Shown: piece by piece, positions 47,620 to 50,231 of the stretch
Numbering within the stretch: position 1 is the stretch's first letter
Layout: each line of letters begins with the position of its first letter
Source of the DNA: a virus
Lineage: Duplodnaviria > Caudoviricetes
DNA length: 50,231 bases
Direction: 5' to 3' (one strand)
IMG/VR virus record: IMGVR_UViG_3300030376_004672
Span: 1 to 50,231 of that record
Notes under the pieces: generated by a model
The model's input: the letters and a program-made list of their open reading frames with translations, nothing else
The model's database searches: none
What the model was told of the DNA's origin: nothing
Translations under genes and position numbers: made by a program

Positions 47620-48171
47620 TTAGTTATTAATTACTCTTACTCTTTTCGCATTCCCCTCGCCTTGTTCAATAGAAAAGATATCGCCATATACTTCTAACGT
47701 CTTATCCAAGACATCAAAAGCTCGATATACTTTTATTATTGTCGACTTCTCTTCAATCCATTCTTTTTCTTCACCATTACGCACCCTAATCGTTTGGAGG
47801 TGTGCAGTTATGACTCCGGCATCTTCAACATCCTCACCACTAAATCTTATCTTACCTTTAAGATAAATTCCTTTAGGTTGGAGAAAGTCAGAGACTATAA
47901 ACTTAAGCCAATTAACATATTGATAAAACTTTTGACCTCCGTTCCAAGCTAAACAATGAATGTCGGTTATGCCGTGTTCAACATCGTCAATGATTTCCCA
48001 TTTATTATATATTGATGGAGCTTTCTCTAGACCTCCTCGATAGTCGCCGGAGTATTCACCTGTGGTGTCGTGCCTGTCGTTTAGCCAAACTTGATTATAC
48101 TCATCAAGTTCGTCTTGTGTTAACCTTCTTGATAATGCCATCAGTCCGGTAAAATTGGTTGTGTAACCCAT
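47620..48171 (-). CDS. Hypothetical phage protein (MGY.T.F.G type)
   Basis: 183 aa; WNGG.KFY.YV.WL..I...L...G..L.G.I...GED..D.G pattern. Confidence 0.7.
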   Translation of the reverse strand: MGYTTNFTGLMALSRRLTQDELDEYNQVWLNDRHDTTGEYSGDYRGGLEKAPSIYNKWEIIDDVEHGITDIHCLAWNGGQKFYQYVNWLKFIVSDFLQPKGIYLKGKIRFSGEDVEDAGVITAHLQTIRVRNGEEKEWIEEKSTIIKVYRAFDVLDKTLEVYGDIFSIEQGEGNAKRVRVINN

Positions 48172-48232
48172 AATGTTTAATATTTAATTACAATTTAATT
48201 TAGTGAACACTTTGAAATCTTGTTCAGGATTT

Positions 48233-48354
48233 TAGAACGCAGACGAGGAATCGAACCTCTATATTAATAACCTAACGTCTTGTGTCAAATGGATAAGGGA
48301 GTTATGAGTCTCCTTATCTAAAACCACTTCCGAGCACCATGCTATCATCTGCGT
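48233..48354 (-). ncRNA. tRNA-like RNA A (non-canonical, ~120 nt)
   Basis: 7-bp acceptor ACGCAGA/TCTGCGT, T-arm GAGG-TTCGATT-CCTC, U8, D-like GG, central stem with CTCATAA in the loop, ends T-CTA. Confidence 0.65.
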
Positions 48355-48374
48355 TGCCACTTACAATTACGTTG

Positions 48375-48406
48375 CAATAATACGAATTAATAAATTAATA
48401 AACAAA
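48375..48406 (-). promoter_or_regulatory. Early promoter
   Basis: TTTG-N20-TATTATTG (one mismatch to TAnnTTTG). Confidence 0.7.
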
Positions 48407-48424
48407 TTTTAGACGAACTTTTTT

Positions 48425-49138
48425 TTATTGCTCCGGTTTATAATCCGGATTTGGAGCGTTGTCAGTCGTCAAAACTTGTAGCATAATGGCATCCACAAAT
48501 TGCTGTAAGATGTGTCCATACTTCTCATCAAAGCTATGGTCTTCTCTCCAATTATTTAGCCACCTTTTAAATTCTCGTAGCATAATTGTATTGGTCATAA
48601 ATCTATCCATCCAATTAAGCATATCTTGATAGTAACGAGTTACTATATACTCCTCGTGAATGGTGCAGTTGCCACCACAATAGGAGCAGTCTTCAGCTAT
48701 CTCCTCCATCTCGCCATCGTCATCTTCCTCTTCGTAATACTCCCAACCACTACCACCACACTCACAACAATCCTGAAATACTTCCTCGATGACATTGCAA
48801 TTGCCATTATTATAATAGTCGTAGTAGAATCTACTAGCAATACGAATCAGCTCTCCATTAATGGTTTCAGCTTCAGCAGATTGTGGTACTAGTTTTTTAT
48901 AAAGCTCATCATACTCTTTTTGATAAGCACCCTCATTGTTCCAATAGGTTTTTCCTAAAGGTGTTGATTTGCCGTGATGTTCAGCTGTCTTTTCCATCCA
49001 TTTGCACCAATCGGCTAAAGTTTGTCGAGCATCAATTTTGCTCATACCGAATCTTTTGATTAGGTAGGGTGTCGCACCGAACATATTCGTCTCGCCGGAC
49101 ATCTGCAATTCGCAGAGATAATTAAAATGTGTGTTCAT
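48425..49138 (-). CDS. Multi-domain early protein with DnaJ-like Zn finger and acidic loop
   Basis: SGETNMFGA N-domain; LVPQS..AET..GELIR...R.YYD.YNNG domain; CECGGSG...CSYCGG. Confidence 0.75.
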   Translation of the reverse strand: MNTHFNYLCELQMSGETNMFGATPYLIKRFGMSKIDARQTLADWCKWMEKTAEHHGKSTPLGKTYWNNEGAYQKEYDELYKKLVPQSAEAETINGELIRIASRFYYDYYNNGNCNVIEEVFQDCCECGGSGWEYYEEEDDDGEMEEIAEDCSYCGGNCTIHEEYIVTRYYQDMLNWMDRFMTNTIMLREFKRWLNNWREDHSFDEKYGHILQQFVDAIMLQVLTTDNAPNPDYKPEQ

Positions 49139-49163
49139 AATGTTTACATTTTTATTTAATAAA

Positions 49164-49214
49164 TCCGTTTCATCCTTTCGGAATCATCAGGTGTGATACA
49201 CATCACACTACGGA
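49164..49214 (-). ncRNA. Type III hammerhead ribozyme
   Basis: Minus strand TCCGTA|GTGTGAT-GTGT-ATCACAC-CTGATGA-TTCC-GAAA-GGAT-GAAAC-GGA. Complete CUGAUGA/GAAA core, stems I-III, GUA cleavage triplet (cut between 49209 and 49208). Confidence 0.9.
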
Positions 49215-49234
49215 GGGAATGAACCCCCCTTGTA

Positions 49235-49483
49235 TTAACTCACTCTCTCATATTCGTCTAGCCAATCATTAATGTCGTCTTCGTCTAACCAATAGTTAGT
49301 AAATTCGTTACCTTCTAAAATCAATTCTTTGGCTATGTCCATCATCCCATATTTATCATAGAATAATTCTGAATCAGGGTCTTCAATTTCTGTCTGACCT
49401 ATTTCGTGTAGCCACCCTACTTCGTAACCATCATTGGTTGGTAGGTAGTCAAACACATAGTGTTTTAGTTTTTTATTTGCCAT
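49235..49483 (-). CDS. Hypothetical highly acidic early protein
   Basis: 82 aa, ATAACT-ATG start, D/E-rich. Confidence 0.7.
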   Translation of the reverse strand: MANKKLKHYVFDYLPTNDGYEVGWLHEIGQTEIEDPDSELFYDKYGMMDIAKELILEGNEFTNYWLDEDDINDWLDEYERVS

Positions 49484-49500
49484 AGTTATATATATTTAAA

Positions 49501-49767
49501 TTATTTAACAAAACTCTTTTTCTCCCAAACAAATGAACTGCTCCACTCGTCTTCATCTTCTTGCTTTATCTCTTCAATCTCTTGCTCAATAAATGATTCA
49601 ATCCTATTGAATAGTTCAAGCGTTTGCTCTTCGTTGAGTAGCTCATTATGTTTTATATAGTTAGCTAACCTGTCGTAGTAGCTAAGCTCTTCACCTTCAG
49701 AGTTCCCCAAAAAATTGAAGGGGAAATCTCTGTAAGTGGTGTCGTTTATCCATCCTTTTCCTTTCAT
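49501..49767 (-). CDS. Hypothetical acidic early protein
   Basis: 88 aa, E-rich. Confidence 0.7.
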   Translation of the reverse strand: MKGKGWINDTTYRDFPFNFLGNSEGEELSYYDRLANYIKHNELLNEEQTLELFNRIESFIEQEIEEIKQEDEDEWSSSFVWEKKSFVK

Positions 49768-49776
49768 AGATATATA

Positions 49777-49908
49777 TTAAAATTGAATTGTTGAACCTCC
49801 TGTTGCAATAATGTGAATCACTACTGCTGACCAAGAGACAAGAACAAAGGTTAATACTGCGAATGTTATTACATTCTCTACTGAAATTGATTTGATTTTA
49901 TTTATCAT
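49777..49908 (-). CDS. 43-aa membrane microprotein MINKIKSISVENVITFAVLTFVLVSWSAVVIHIIATGGSTIQF (not in ORF track)
   Basis: ATAACT-ATG start, one hydrophobic helix; first ORF after the rightmost promoter. Confidence 0.65.
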   Translation of the reverse strand: MINKIKSISVENVITFAVLTFVLVSWSAVVIHIIATGGSTIQF

Positions 49909-49928
49909 AGTTATTAGTGGTTTAAAAT

Positions 49929-50017
49929 TAGTAACTAGAAGAGGAATCGAACCTCTTTACTCGTCAGTAGTTATTGGGATAATCAGCTTACGCCTTCTCC
50001 AATATCCAAACCTAGTT
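49929..50017 (-). ncRNA. tRNA-like RNA B (non-canonical, ~86 nt)
   Basis: Acceptor AACTAGG/TCTAGTT, perfect T-arm AGAGG-TTCGATT-CCTCT, stemless D-like TTTGGA, central stem TATTGG/CCAATA, variable hairpin TACT-GACG-AGTA, ends A-CTA. Confidence 0.7.
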
Positions 50018-50084
50018 AACATCTGTTGAAACCTTTTGTATTCGTGAATCCTATTCAACCTTGTTTCGTGTTCCAAAGATTCGA

Positions 50085-50116
50085 CAATAATACGACAAGA
50101 TTTCGACATATACAAG
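50085..50116 (-). promoter_or_regulatory. Early promoter
   Basis: CTTG-N20-TATTATTG; shares TCGTATTATTG with the 48375 promoter. Confidence 0.65.
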
Positions 50117-50231
50117 TTTTTCAGCACTTTTTTTTCGCCAACAGGTTAAACTTTTTTCGTCTCCCCTGTTGAGTTTTGTGTGGTTAAAATCTCATATAGT
50201 GTAATTAAATCTATCGAGTAGCTATCCTTAT

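Noticed and set aside
37333-48892. Plus-strand ORFs in the replication/early arm
   Set aside because: Antisense to well-supported genes.
48233-50017. Calling the two T-arm elements canonical tRNA genes
   Set aside because: D and anticodon arms and overall lengths are non-canonical; kept as tRNA-like ncRNAs.
1-50231. CRISPR array, diversity-generating retroelement, integrase/prophage, stop-codon recoding
   Set aside because: No regularly spaced repeats, reverse transcriptase or recombinase motifs seen. Genes are intact in the standard code, with TAG and TGA used as normal stops.
50117-50231. Genome terminus / terminal repeat; CAACAGG/CCTGTTG inverted repeat
   Set aside because: Cannot be assessed: the window begins mid-gene and no matching repeat is visible.

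Overview
AT-rich (roughly one-third GC by eye) dsDNA tailed-phage sequence, most likely a podovirus-like phage of a Bacteroidota (Flavobacteria-type) host. Host inference rests on TTTG-N20-TAnnTTTG promoters, A-rich translation starts lacking Shine-Dalgarno motifs, and a VirE-N-type primase. The + strand (1-35349) is the late/structural arm: tail fibres, a GroES-like protein, terminase, portal, scaffold, major capsid, tail/nozzle proteins, and ejection proteins including a 2936-aa giant. The - strand (35336-50231) is the replication/recombination arm (nucleases, phosphoesterase, SF2 helicase, primase-helicase, SSB, exonuclease, annealing protein), followed by an early region of small acidic ORFs. 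The most unusual content is not in the ORF track. The early region has a type III hammerhead ribozyme whose cleavage strand is sequestered by a hairpin starting right after the upstream stop codon. It also has two non-canonical tRNA-like RNAs, each just downstream of an early promoter, and a promoter-driven hairpin RNA whose 5' end is complementary to the start codon of the gene behind the ribozyme. The giant ejection gene hides a nested +1-frame 44-aa gene and an A10 tract opening a second +1 frame. CCAG/CTGG and GATC appear strongly avoided. No integrase, DNA polymerase, recognisable lysin, CRISPR array or canonical tRNA was seen. All family assignments come from motif recognition by eye, not database searches.
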